64,000 nucleotides of DNA from Octopus vulgaris (GCA_951406725.2 OX597833.1:11160001-11224000); one strand, 5' to 3'; numbered from the stretch's first letter, positions 24,439 through 39,200 are shown. Numbers and translations: made by a program. The notes: generated by a model not told the origin, from the sequence alone.

Positions 24439-24960
24439 GTACTACATCTAATAATATACTTGAGACGTGATAAGTACGCGCCCATATGCAGCATAGATCC
24501 TATTGGTTTATATTTTGTACAAGAAGATTTTAGGCGAAGCGAGCTTCCAGGATTCGTCTATTCTTTGACTTGTTACAATCATTTGACCGTGGCCATGCTG
24601 GAGCACCGCCTTTTGTCGAAACAAATCGACCCCGCCAGGACTTATTGTTTGTAAGCCTAGTACATATTCTATCGATCTCTTTAGCCGAACCGCTAAGTTA
24701 CGAGGACGTAAACACAGCAAAATCGTTTGTCAAGCGATTGTGTGAGCGTTGGGTAGGGGTGGAGGAAGAACATAGACACAAATACAGGAATATATAGGTA
24801 TAGTAGAAGACACTTGCCCGTGGTGTCAGGCGGTGGGATTGAACTCGAAATCACATGATTGTCACACATGTGCATATGTATATATATATACATATACATA
24901 TATATATATACAAACATATACGAGTGTGTATGTATCACAGTAAGTGATTTAAGTATATAC

Positions 24961-25015
<55 letters not shown>

Positions 25016-25348
25016 TAATAAATAAAACATATGCATTTATATATACATATGTACGTACCTACCTCTACATGTACATATACACGCATATATGAGTACAGGA
25101 TACCAAAAAACGTCGAACACAATGAGAAACGAAAACATAGACACAAACCCAAGGAACTGGACATTTTTCTTAAACAACAAAAAAATAGAGTACAGGACAA
25201 TTAACACAAAGAAAAAAACCCTTCTTCAGTGGCTATGGTTTCATCTACTCTATGTTTCGAAGGTGAAGGCGAGACGTATCTTCGATAAGAAGCTTTCCTT
25301 CCTGCGAAAAGCAAATCAATTAAAATTTGAGATCTTTTCGTAGAGGGG

Positions 25349-25397
<49 letters not shown>

Positions 25398-25488
25398 TAT
25401 ATAATGAAAATAATGCAATACGAATGTATTGCTTTCCAGTAGAAGATAGCCCGTAGGGGTAAAATTATACATATAAAAGTAAATAAAT

Positions 25489-25804
25489 GGTACAACGAAG
25501 TACCGATATTTACTGGAAAATACCGATCGTAATAAATACGACGCTATTGTATAGCTTCACTGCGTATATACTAGTAAAGACGTGTGTGTGCAACAAACAT
25601 GAAATAAATTTGTCTTACCTCTAGGAAGAACATCCGTTTCTAGGTTTTTCATTTTTCAGATGTTCTTCCTAGAGGTAAGACAAATTTATTTCATGTTTGT
25701 TGCACACACACGTCTTTACTAGTATATACGCAGTGAAGCTATACAATAGCGTCGTATTTATTACGATCGGTATTTTCCAGTAAATATCGGTACTTCGTTG
25801 TACC
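25489..25804. repeat. 146-bp inverted repeat with a 24-bp spacer
   Basis: 25489-25634 is the reverse complement of 25659-25804; no mismatch found by eye. Confidence 0.95.
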
Positions 25805-26332
25805 GCCGTGATGGTGTCAAGCCTTTCTGGTGACGTTGATGTTCGCCTGGGGCTAAATGCAACAGTAACACCCCCGCCACCCTGCCCTGTCCCTAGCCAT
25901 ATTCAGATGGCTAATGTCCCTTATGTTATGGAGCAAGTTACTGTCTATATCTCATTTAGAGAATTATTATTGCTGTCGAACAGATTTTCGAAATCAGTAA
26001 ATGTATTTACTTGAAATTCTTTATATATATATCCTGCACGGGGAGTTGGTCGTCGAGGAGCGGTGCCTGCCATACGTTGATAATAGGCAAACACCTTGAA
26101 ACCTGGGTCCGTATGTGGCATCCGCTCATCGGGGAATGATCTCCCTTTGCAGGATAGAGGACGCCGTGATGGTGTCAAGCCTTTCTGGTGACGTTGATGT
26201 TCGCCTGGGGCCAAATGCAACAGTAACACCCCCACCACCCTGCCCTGTCCCTAGCAATATTCAGATGGCTAATGTCCCTTATGTTATGGAGCAAGTTACT
26301 GTCTATATCTCATTTAGAGAATTATTATTGCT
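25804..26332 (+). mobile_element. About 1.5 copies of a 358-bp unit (171-bp direct repeats) containing a hammerhead motif; retrozyme/Penelope-pLTR-like
   Basis: 25804-25974 matches 26162-26332 with 3 differences; the spacer folds around a type I hammerhead core. Confidence 0.7.
26068..26120 (+). ncRNA. Type I hammerhead ribozyme candidate, U3-A8 core variant
   Basis: CATACG-TTGATAA-(T)AGG CAAACA CCT(T)-GAAA-CC TG GG-TC|CGTATG; predicted cleavage after C26109. Confidence 0.7.
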
Positions 26333-26409
26333 ATATATATATACATATACATATATACAAGCATATATGTGTGTGTATGTATCACAGAAAGTAATTTAAA
26401 TATATACGT

Positions 26410-26525
<116 letters not shown>

Positions 26526-26661
26526 ATATATATATATACATATATATATATATACATATACGTATATATTTAAATCATTTGCTGTGATACATACACACAC
26601 ACACATAGACATATAAATATATGTATCTTTTACCCGCACACACACAGATATATACCCCGCC

Positions 26662-26810
<149 letters not shown>

Positions 26811-27092
26811 GATGAGGTAATCAGATCGGATGGTTCATATTTATAGATATTTATTTATATATTACATTTTTTACATGTATCTATCTATCATATCATTCAG
26901 ATCATATCATTCGGATTATTAGCGCTTTCTCCCATTCCAGTGGGGTTTTCAAATCAAATCAATTCCTTTGTGGGGAATTTGAACATTTTATAGAGTTTCG
27001 TAGTAGTGGGGAGGAATAAGACAGAATAAGAGGGTGAGGAGGAAGTGAGACACAGAAAACATGTGTGTGTGTGTGAGTGTGCATGTGTGTGT

Positions 27093-27168
<76 letters not shown>

Positions 27169-27255
27169 TTGTATCTGAGAGGGAAGAAGAAGTATTTCCT
27201 TTGGCCTGCTGGACCCCCTAGGGATTTCTAATAATTTTAGCTCTCTGTTCATTCT

Positions 27256-30200
27256 GGAGCCAACTCTGACCAATTGTTGCCAGCCATTCTCCGCGGCAAT
27301 ACTGACGGACACCACTAAACACACCATCCAAATCGAGGTATACAACCTTTTAGTTCAATGTCTTCGCGCCGCACCCTCATCGTCGAAGTCCTCCGTGGGA
27401 CGGCTTAATCCGATGCGGCCCAGGAAGTGGACCTAACTCTGACCGATTGTTGCCAGCCATTCTCTGCGGCAATACTGACGGACACCACTAAGCACACCAT
27501 CCAAATTGAGATATACAACATTTTAGTTAAGTGTCTTCAGGCCGCACCCTCACCGCCGAAGTCCTCCGTGGGACGGCTAAAACCGATGCGGCCCAGGAAG
27601 TGGAGCCAACTCTAACCGATTGTTGCCGGCCATTCTCTCCCCCAATACTGACGGAAACCACTAAACACACCATCCCAATTGAAGTATACAACCTGTTCGT
27701 TCAGTATCTTAGCGCCTCACCCTCATTGGCGAAGTCCTCCGTGGGACGGCTAAAACCGATGTGGCCCGTGAACTAAAGCCAAGTCTGATCGATTGTTGCT
27801 GGCCATTCTCCGCGGCACTACAGACGGACACCACAAAACACACCATCCAAATTGAGATATACAACATTTTACTTCAGTCTCTTCCCGCCGCACCCTCATC
27901 ACCGAAGTCCTCCGTGGGACGGCTAAAACCGATGTGGCCCGTGAACTAAAGCCAACTATGATCCATTGTTGCTGGCCATTCTCCGCGGCAATACTGACGG
28001 ATACCACTAAACACACCATCCAAATTGAGATATACATCATTTTACTTCAGTCACTTCCCGACACACCCTCATCGCCGAAGTCCTCCGTGGGACGGCTAAA
28101 ACCGATGTGGCCCGTGAACTAAAGCCAACTATGATCGATTGTTGCCGGCCATTCTCCGTGGCAATACTGACGGATACCACTAAACACACCATCCAAATTG
28201 AGATATACAACTTTTACTTCATTCTATTCCCGCCGCACCCTCATCGCCGAAGTCCTCTGTGGTACGGCTAAAACCAATGTGACCCGGGAAGTGCAGCCAA
28301 CACTGATCGATTGATGCCGGCCATTCTCCGCGGCACTACAGACAGACACCACTAAAAACACCATCCAAATTGAGGTATACAACCATTTTACTTCAGTCTC
28401 TTCCCGCCGCACCCTCATCGCCGAAGTCCTCTGTGGGACGGCTAAAACCAATGTGGCCCGTGAACTGAAGCCAACTCTGATCCATTGTTGCCGGCCATTC
28501 TCCGCGGCACTACAGACGGACACCACTAAACTCACCATCCAAATGGAGATATACATCTTTTTACTTCAGTCTCTTCCCGCCGCACTGTCATCACCGAAGT
28601 CCTCCGTGGGACGGCGAAAACCGATGTGGCCCGTGAACTAAAGCCAAGTCTGATCGATTGTTGCTGGCCATTCTCCGCGGCACTACAGACTGACACCACA
28701 AAACACACCATCCAAATTGAGATATACAACATTTTACTTCAGTCTCTTCCCGCCGCACCCTCATCACCGAAGTCCTCCGTGGGACGGCTAAAACCGATGT
28801 GGCCCGTGAACTAAAGCCAACTATGATCGATTGTTGCTGGCCATTCTCCGCGGCAATACAGACGGACACAACAAAACACACCATCCAAATTGAGATATAC
28901 AACATTTTACTTCAGTCTCTTCCCGCCGCACCCTCATAACCGAAGTCCTCCGTGGGACGGCTAAAACCGATGTGGCCCGTGAACTAAAGCCAACTATGAT
29001 CGATTGTTGCCGGCTATTCTCCGCGGCAATATTGACGGATACCACTAAACACACCATCCAAATTGAGATATACAACATTTTACTTCAGTCTCTTCCCGCT
29101 GCACCCTCATCGCCGAAGTCCTCCGTGGGACGGCAAAAACCGATGTGGCCCGTGAACTAAAGCCAACTATGATCGATTGTTGCTGGCCATTCTCCGCGGC
29201 AATACAGACGGACACCACAAAACACACCATCCAAATTGAGATATAAAACATTTTACTTCAGTCTCTTCCCGCCGCACCCTCATCGCCGAAGTCCTCCGTG
29301 GGACGGCTAAAACCGATGTGGCCCGTGAACTAAAGCCAACTATGATCGATTGTTGCCGGCCATTCTCCGCGGCAATACTGACGGATACCACTAAACACAC
29401 CATCCAAATTGAGATATGCAACATTTTACTTCAGTCTCTTCCCGCCGCACCCTCATCGCCGAAGTCCTCCGTGGGACGGCTAAAACCGATGTGGCCCGTG
29501 AACTAAAGCCAACTATGATCGATTGTTGCTGGCCATTCTCCGCGGCAATACAGACGGACACAACAAAACACACCATCCAAATTGAGATATACAACATTTT
29601 ACTTCAGTCTCTTCCCGCCGCACCCTCATCGCCGAAGTCCTCCGTGGGACGGCTAAAACCGATGTGGCCCGTGAACTAAAGCCAATTATGATCGATTGTT
29701 GCCGGCCATTCTCCGTGGCAATACTGATGGATACCACTAAACACACCATCCAAATTGAGATATACAACTTTTTACTTCATTCTATTCCCGCCGCACCCTC
29801 ATCGCCGAAGTCCTCTGTGGTACGGCTAAAACCAATGTGACCCGGGAAGTGCAGCCAACACTGATCGATTGATGCCGGCCATTCTCCGCGGCACTACAGA
29901 CAGACACCACTAAAAACACCATCCAAATTGAGGTATACAACCATTTTACTTCAGTCTCTTCCCGCCGCACCCTCATCGCCGAAGTCCTCTGTGGGACGGC
30001 TAAAACCAATGTGGCCCGTGAACTGAAGCCAACTCTGATCGATTGTTGCCGGCCATTCTCCGCGGCACTACAGACGGACACCACTAAACTCACCATCCAA
30101 ATGGAGATATACATCTTTTTACTTCAGTCTCTTCCCGCCGCACTGTCATCACCGAAGTCCTCCGTGGGACGGCGAAAACCGATGTGGCCCGTGAACTAAA

Positions 30201-33200
30201 GCCAACTCTGATCGATTGTTGCCGGCCATTCTCCGCGGCACTACAGACGGACACCACTAAACACACCATCCAAACTGAGATATACAACTTTTTACTTCAG
30301 TCTCTTCCCGCCGCACCGTCATCGCCGAAGTCCTCAGTGGGACGGCTAAAACCGATGTGGCCCGTGAACTGAAGCCAACTATGATCGATTGTTGCCGGCC
30401 ATTCTCCGCGGCAATACTGACGGATACCACTAAACACACCATCCAAATTGAGATATACAACATTTTACTTCAGTCTCTTCCCGCCGCACCCTCATCGCCG
30501 AAGTCCTCCGTGAGACGGCTAAAACCGATGTGGCCCGTGAACTAAAGCCAACTATGATCGATTGTTGCTGGCCATTCTCCGCGGCAATACAGACGGACAC
30601 CACAAAACACACCATCCAAATTGATATATACAACATTTTACTTCAGTCTCTTCCCGCCGCACCCTCATCGCCGAAGTCCTCCGTGGGACGGCTAAAACCG
30701 ATGTGGCCCGTGAACTAAAGCCAACTATGATCGATTGTTGCCGGCCATTCTCCGTGGCAATACTGACTGATACCACTAAACACACCATCCAAATTGAGAT
30801 ATACAACTTTTTACTTCATTCTATTCCCGCCGCACCCTCATCGCCGAAGTCCTCTGTGGTACGGCTAAAACCAATGTGGCCCGTGAACTGAAGCCAAGTC
30901 TGATCGATTGTTGCCGGCCATTCTCCGCGGCACTACAGACGGACACCACTAAACTCACCATCCAAATCGAGATATACATCTTTTTACTTCAGTCTCTTCC
31001 CGCCGCACCGTCATCACCGAAGTCCTCCGTGGGACGGCGAAAACCGATGTGGCCCGTGAACTAAAGCCAACTCTGATCGATTGTTGCCGGCCATTCTCCG
31101 CTGCACTACAGACGGATACCACTAAACACACCATCCAAACTGAGATATACAACTTTTTACTTCAGTCTCTTCCCGCCGCACCCTCATCGCCGAAATCCTC
31201 AGTGGGACGGCTAAAACCGATGTGGCCCGTGAACTGAAGCCAACTCTGATCGATTGTTGCCGGCCATTCTCCGCGGAAATACTGACGGACACCACTAAAC
31301 CCACCATCCAAATTGAAGTATACAACCTTTTAGTTCAGTGTCTTCGCGCCGCACCCTCATCGCCGAAGTCCTCCGTGGGATAGCTAAATCCGATGCGGCC
31401 CAGGAAGTGGAGCCAACTCTGACCGATTGTTGCCAGCCATTCTCCGAGGCAATACAGACGGATACCACTAAACCCATCATCCAAATTGAGGTATACAACC
31501 TTTTAGTTCAGTGTCTTCGCGCCGCACCGTCATCGCCGAAGTCCTCCTTGGGACGGCTAAAACCGATGCGGCCCAGGAAGTGAAGCCAACTCTGACCGAT
31601 TGTTGCCGGCCATTCTCCGAGGCAATACAGACGGATACCACTAAAACCACCATCCAAATTGAGGTATACAACCTTTTAGTTCAGTGTCTTCGCGCCGCAC
31701 TCTCATCGCCAAAGTCCTCCGTAGGACGGCTAAATCCGATGCGGCCCAGGAAGTGGAGCCAACTCTGACCGATTGTTGCCAGCCATTCTCCGAGGCAATA
31801 CAGACGGATACCACTAAACCCATCATCCAATTTGAGGTATACAACCTTTTAGTTCTGTGTCCTCGCGCCGCACCCTCATCGCCGACGTTCTCCGTGGGAC
31901 GGCTAAAGCCGATGCGCCCCAGGAAGTGCAGCCAATCCTGACCGATTTATGCCGGCCATTCTCCGCGCCAATACAGACGGACACCACAAAACAAACTATC
32001 CAAATCGAGGTATACAACCTTCTAGTTCAGGGTCTTCGAACCAAACACTCATCACCGAAGACCTCCGTGGGACGGCTAAATCCGATGCGGCCCAGGAAGT
32101 TGAGCCAACTCTGACCGATTGTTTCCGGCCATTCTCCGCGGCAATACTGACGGACACCACTAAACACACCATCCAAATTGAGGTATACAACCTTTTAGTT
32201 AAGTGTCTTAAGGCCGCACCATCACCGCCGAAGTCCTCCGTGGGACGGCTAAAACCGATGCGGCCCAGGAAATGGAGCCAACTCTGACCGATTGTTGCCG
32301 GCCATTCTCCGCGCCAATACTAACGGACACCACTAAACACACCATCCCAATTGAAGTATACAACCTGTTTGTTCAGTATCTACGCGCCGCACCCTCATCG
32401 GCAAAGTCCACCGTGGGACAGCTAAAACCGATGCGGCCCAGGAAGTGGAGCCAACTCAGACCGATTGTTGCCGGCCATTCTCCGCGCCAATACTGACGGA
32501 CACAACTAAACACATCATCCAAATTGAAGTATACAACCTGTTTGTTCAGTATCTTAGCGCCGCACCCTCATTGGCGAAGTCTTCCGAGGAACGGCTAAAA
32601 CCGATGCGGCCCTAGAAGTGGAACCAAATCTGACCGATTGTTGCCGGCCATTCTCCGCGGCAATACTGACGGACACCACTAAACACACCATCCAAATTGA
32701 GGTATACAACCTTTTGGTTCAGTGTCTTCGCGTCTAATCCTCATCGCCGAAGTCCTCCGTGGAACAGCTAAAACCGATGCGGCCCTAGAAGTGGAGCCAA
32801 CTCTGACCGATTGTTGCCGCCATTCTTCGCGGTAAAACTGACGGACACCACTAAACACACCATCCAAATTGAGGTATACAACCTTTTGGTTCAGTGTCTT
32901 TGCGCCGCACCCACATCGCGAAAGTCCCCGTGGGACAGCTAAAACCGATGCGGCCCAGGAAGTGGTGCTAACTCTGACCGATTGTTGCCGGCCATTCTCC
33001 ACGGCAACACTGACGGACACCACTAAACACACCATCCAAATTGAAGTATACAACCTTTTAGTTAAGTGTCTTCATCCCGCACCCTCACCGCCGAAGTCCT
33101 CCGTGGGACGGCTAAAACCGATGCGGCCCAGGAAGTGTAGCAAATTCTGACCGATTGTTGCCGGCCATTCTCTGCCCCAATACTGACGGAAACCACTAAA

Positions 33201-36200
33201 CACACCATCCCAATTGAAGTATACAACCTCTTTGTTCAGTGTTTTTGCGCCGCATCCTCATTGGCGAAGTCCTCCGTGGAACGGCTAAAACCGATGCGGC
33301 CCAGGAAATGGAGCCAACTCTGACCGATTGTTGCCGGCCTTTCTCCGCGGCAATACTGACGGACACCACTAAACACACCATCCAAATTGAGGTATACAAC
33401 CTTTTAGTTCAGAGTCTTCGCACCGCACCCTCATCACCGAAGTCCTCCGTGGGAAGGCTAGAACCGATGCGGCCCAAGAAGTGGAGCCAACTCTGACCGA
33501 CTATTGTCCGGCTATTGTCCGCGGCACTACAGACGGACACCACTAAACGCACCATCCAAATTAAGGTATACAACCTTTTAGTTCAGTGTTTTCTCGCCGC
33601 ACCCTCATCACCGAAGTCCACTGTGGGACGGCTAAAACCGATGCGGCCCAGGAAGTGGGGCCAATCCTGACCGATTGTTGCCAGCCATACTCCGACCCAA
33701 TACTGACGGACACCACTAAACCCACCATCCAATTTGAGGTATACAACCTTTTAGTTCTGTGTCCTCGCGCCGCACCCTCATCGCCGACGTCCTCCGTGGG
33801 ACGGCTAAAACCGATGTGGCCCGTGAACTAAAGCCAACTATGATCGATTGTTGCCGGCCATTCTCCGTGGAAATACTGACGGATACCACTAAACACACCA
33901 TCCAAATTGAGATATACAACTTTTTACTTCATTCTATTCCCGCCGCACCCTCATCGCCGAAGTCCTCTGTGGTACGGCTAAAACCAATGTGACCCGGGAA
34001 GTGCAGCCAACACTGATCGATTGATGCCGGCCATTCTCCGCGGCACTACAGACAGACACCACTAAAAACACCATCCAAATTGAGGTATACAACCATTTTA
34101 CTTCAGTCTCTTCCCGCCGCACCGTCATCGCCGAAGTCCTCTGTGGGACGGCTAAAACCGATGTGGCCCGTGAACTGAAGCCAACTCTGATCGATTGTTG
34201 CCGGCCATTCTCCGCGGAAATACTGACGGACACCACTAAACCCACCATCCAAATTGAAGTATACAACCTTTTAGTTCAGTGTCTTCGCCCCGCACCCTCA
34301 TCGCCGAAGTCCTCCGTGGGACGGCTAAATCCGATGCGGCCCAGGAAGTGGAGCCAACTCTGACCGATTGTTGCCAGCCATTCTCCGAGGCAATACAGAC
34401 TGATACCACTAAACCCATCATCCAAATTGAGGTATACAACCTTTTAGTTCAGTGTCTTCGCGCCGCACCGTCATCGCCGAAGTCCTCCGTAGGACGGCTA
34501 AATCCGATGCGGCCCAGGAAGTGGAGCCAACTCTGACCGATTGTTGCCAGTCATTCTCAGAGGCACTACAGACGGACACCACTAAACCCATCATCCAAAT
34601 TGAGGTATATAACCTTTTAGTTCTGTGTCCTCGCGCCGCACCCTCATCGCCGACGTTCTCCGTGGGACGGCTAAAACCGATGCGCCCCAGGAAGTGCAGC
34701 CAATCCTGACCGATTTATGCCGGCCATTCTCCGCGCCAATACAGACGGACACCACAAAACAAACTATCCAAATCGAGGTATACAACCTTCTAGTTCAGGG
34801 TCTTCGAACCAAACACTCATCACCGAAGACCTCCGGGGGACGGCTAAATCCGATGCGGCCCAGGAAGTGGAGCCAACTCTGACCGATTGTTGCCGGCCAT
34901 TCTCCGCGGCAATACTGACGGACACCACTAAACACACCATCCAAATTGAGGTATACAAACTTTTAGTTAAGTGTCTTCAGGCCGCACCCTCACCGCCGAA
35001 GTCCTCCGTGGGACGGCAAAAACCTATGCGGCCCAGGAAATGGAGCCAACTCTGACCGATTGTTGCCGGCCATTCTCCGCGCCAATACTAACGGACACCA
35101 CTAAACACACCATCCCAAGTGAAGTATACAACCTGTTTGTTCAGTATCTACGCGCCGCACCCTCATCGGCAAAGTCCACCGTGGGACGGCTAAAACCGAT
35201 GCGGCCCAGGAAGTGGAGCCAACTCAGACCGATTGTTGCCGGCCATTCTCCGCGCCAATACTGACGGACACAACTAAACACATCATCCAAATTGAAGTAT
35301 ACAACCTGTTTGTTCAGTATCTTAGCGCCGCACCCTCATTGGCGAAGTCTTCCGAGGAACGGCTAAAACCGATGCGGCCCTAGAAGTGGAACCAACTCTG
35401 ACCGATTGTAGCCGGCCATTCTCCGCGGCAATACTGACGGACACCACTAAACACACCATCCAAATTGAGGTATACAACCTTTTGGTTCAGTGTCATCGCG
35501 TCTAATCCTCATCGCCGAAGTCCTCCGTGGAACAGCTAAAACCGATGCGGCCCAGGAAGTGGAGCCAACTCTGACCGATTGTTGCCGCCATTCTTCGCGG
35601 TAACACTGACGGACACCACTAAACACACCATCCAAATTGAAGTATACAACCTTTTAGTTAAGTGTCTTCATCCCGCACCCTCACCGCCGAAGTCCTCCGT
35701 GGGACGGCTAAAACCGATGCGGCCCAGGAAGTGTAGCAAATTCTGACCGATTGTTGCCGGCCATTCTCTGCCCCAATACTGACGGAAACCACTAAACACA
35801 CCATCCCAATTGATGTATACAACCTTTTAGTTAAGTGTCTTCATCCCGCACCCTCACCGCCGAAGTCCTCCGTGGGACGGCTAAAACCGATGCGGCCGAG
35901 GAAATGGAGCCAACTCTGACCGATTGTTGCCGGCCATTCTCCGCGGCAATACTGACGGACACCACTAAACACACCATACAAATTGAGGCATACAACCTTT
36001 TAGTTCAGAGTCTTCGCACCGCACCCTCATCACCGAAGTCCTCCGTGGGAAGGCTAGAACCGATGCGGCCCAAGAAGTGGAGCCAACTCTGACCGATTAT
36101 TGTTCGGCTATTGTCCGCGGCACTACAGACGGACACCACTAAACACACCATCCAAATTAAGGTATACGACCTTTTAGTTCAGTGTTTTCTCGCCGCACCC

Positions 36201-39200
36201 TCATCACCGAAGTCCACTGTGGGACGGCTAAAACCGATGCGGCCCAGGAAGTGGGGCCAATCCTGACCGATTGTTGCCAGCCATACTCCGACCCAATACT
36301 GACGGACACCACTAAACGCACCATCCAAATTGTAGTATACAACCTTTTAGTTCAGTGTCTTCGCGCCGCACCCTCATCGCCAAAGTTCTCCGTGGAACGG
36401 CTAAAACCGATGCGGACTAGGAAGTGGAGCCAACTCTGATCGATTGTTGACGGCCATTCTCTACGGCAATACTGACGGACACCACTAAACCCACCATCCA
36501 AATTGAGGTATACAACATGTTTGTTTAGTGTCTTCGCGCCGCACCCTCATCGCCAAAGTCCCCCGTAGGACGGCTAAAACCGATACGGCCCAGGAAGTGG
36601 AGCCAAGTCTGACCGTTTTTGACGGCCATTCTCCGCGCCAATACAGTCGGACACTACTAAACACATCATCCAAATTGAGGTATACAACCTTTTAGTTCAG
36701 TGTTTTCGCGCCGCATCCTCATCACCGAAGTCCTCCGTGGGAAGGCTAAAACCGATGCGGCCCAGGAAGTGGAGCCAAATTTGACCGATTGTTGCCGGCC
36801 ATTCTCCGCGGCAATACTGACGGACACCACTAAACGCACCATCCAAATTGAGGTATACAACCTTTTAGTTCTGTGTCCTCGCGCCGCACCCTCATCGCCG
36901 ACGTTCTCCGTGGGACGGCTAAGACCGATGCGCCCCAGGAAGTGGAGCCAATCCTGAACGATTTATGCCGGCCATTCTCCGCGCCAATACAGACGGACAA
37001 CACAAAACAAACTATCCAAATCGAGGTATACAACCTTCTAGTTCAGGGTCTTCGAACCAAACACTCATCACCGAAGACCTCCGTGGGACGGCTAAAACCG
37101 ATGTGGCCCGTGAACTAAAGCCAACTATGATCGATTGTTGCTGGCCATTCTCCGCGGCAATACAGACGGACACCACAAAACACACCATCCAAATTGAGAT
37201 ACACAACAACATTTTACTTCAGTCTCTTCCCGCCGCACCCTCATCGCCGAAGTCCTCCGTGGGACGGCTAAAACCGATGTGGCCCGTGAACTAAAGCCAA
37301 CTATGATCGATTGTTGCCGGCCATTCTCCGTGTCAATACTGACGGATACCACTAAACACACCATCCAAATTGAGATATACAACTTTTTACTTCATTCTAT
37401 TCCCGCCCCACCCTCATCGCCGAAGTCCTCTGTGGTACGGCTAAAACCAATGTGACCCGGTAAGTGCAGCCAACACTGATCGATTGATGCCGGCCATTCT
37501 CCGCGGCACTACAGACAGACACCACTAAAAACACCATCCAAATTGAGGTATACAACCATTTTACTTCAGTCTCTTCCCGCCGCACCCTCATCGCCGAAGT
37601 CCTCTGTGGGACGGCTAAAACCAATGTGGCCCGTGAACTGAAGCCAAGTCTGATCGATTGTTGCCGGCCATTCTCCGCGGCACTACAGACGGACACCACT
37701 AAACTCACCATCCAAATCGAGATATACATCTTTTTACTTCAGTCTCTTCCCGCCGCACCGTCATCACCGAAGTCCTCCGTGGGACGGCGAAAACCGATGT
37801 GGCCCGTGAACTAAAGCCAACTCTGATCGATTGTTGCCGGCCATTCTCTGCGGCACTACAGACGGACACCACTAAACACACCATCCAAACTGAGATATAC
37901 AACTTTTTACTTCAGTCTCTTCCCGCCGCACCGTCATCGCCGAAGTCCTCAGTGGGACGGCTAAAACCGATGTGGCCCGTGAACTGAAGCCAACTCTGAT
38001 CGATTGTTGCCGGCCATTCTCCGCGGAAATACTGACGGACACCACTAAACCCACCATCCAAATTGAATTATACATCCTTTTAGTTCAGTGTCTTCGCCCC
38101 GCACCCTCATCGCCGAAGTCCTCCGTGGGACGGCTAAATCCGATGCGGCCCAGGATGTGGAGCCAACTCTGACCGATTGTTGCCAGCCATTCTCCTAGGC
38201 AATACAGACTGATACCACTAAACCCATCATCCAAATTAAGGTATACAACCTTTTAGTTCAGTGTCTTCGCGCCGCACCGTCATCGCCGAAGTCCTCCGTA
38301 GGACGGCTAAATCCGATGCGGCCCAGGAAGTGGAGCCAACTCTGACCGATTGTTGCCAGCTATTCTCAGAGGCACTACAGACGGACACCACTAAACCCAT
38401 CATCCAAATTGAGGTATACAACCTTTTAGTTCTGTGTCCTCGCGCCGCACCCTCATCGCCGACGTTCTCCGTGGGACGGCTAAAACCGATGCGCCCCAGG
38501 AAGTGCAGCCAATCCTGACCGATTTATGCCGGCCATTCTCCGCGCCAATACAGACGGACACCACAAAACAAACTATCCAAATCGAGGTATACAACCTTCT
38601 AGTTCAGGGTCTTCGAACCAAACACTCATCACCGAAGACCTCCGGGGGACGGCTAAATCCGATGCGGCCCAGGAAGTGGAGCCAACTCTGACCGATTGTT
38701 GCCGGCCATTCTCCGCGGCAATACTGACGGACACCACTAAACACACCATCCAAATTGAGGTATACAACCTTTTAGTTAAGTGTCTTCAGGCCGCACCCTC
38801 ACCGCCGAAGTCCTCCGTGGGACGGCTAAAACCGATGCGGCCCAGGAAATGGAGCCAACTCTGACCGATTGTTGCCGGCCATTCTCCGCGCCAATACTAA
38901 CGGACACCACTAAACACACCATCCCAAGTGAAGTATACAACCTGTTTGTTCAGTATCTACGCGCCGCACCCTCATCGGCAAAGTCCACCGTGGGACGGCT
39001 AAAACCGATGCGGCCCAGGAAGTGGAGCCAACTCAGACCGATTGTTGCCGGCCATTCTCCGCGCCAATACTGACGGACACAACTAAACACATCATCCAAA
39101 TTGAAGTATACAACCTGTTTGTTCAGTATCTTAGCGCCGCACCCTCATTGGCGAAGTCTTCCGAGGAACGGCTAAAACCGATGCGGCCCTAGAAGTGGAA

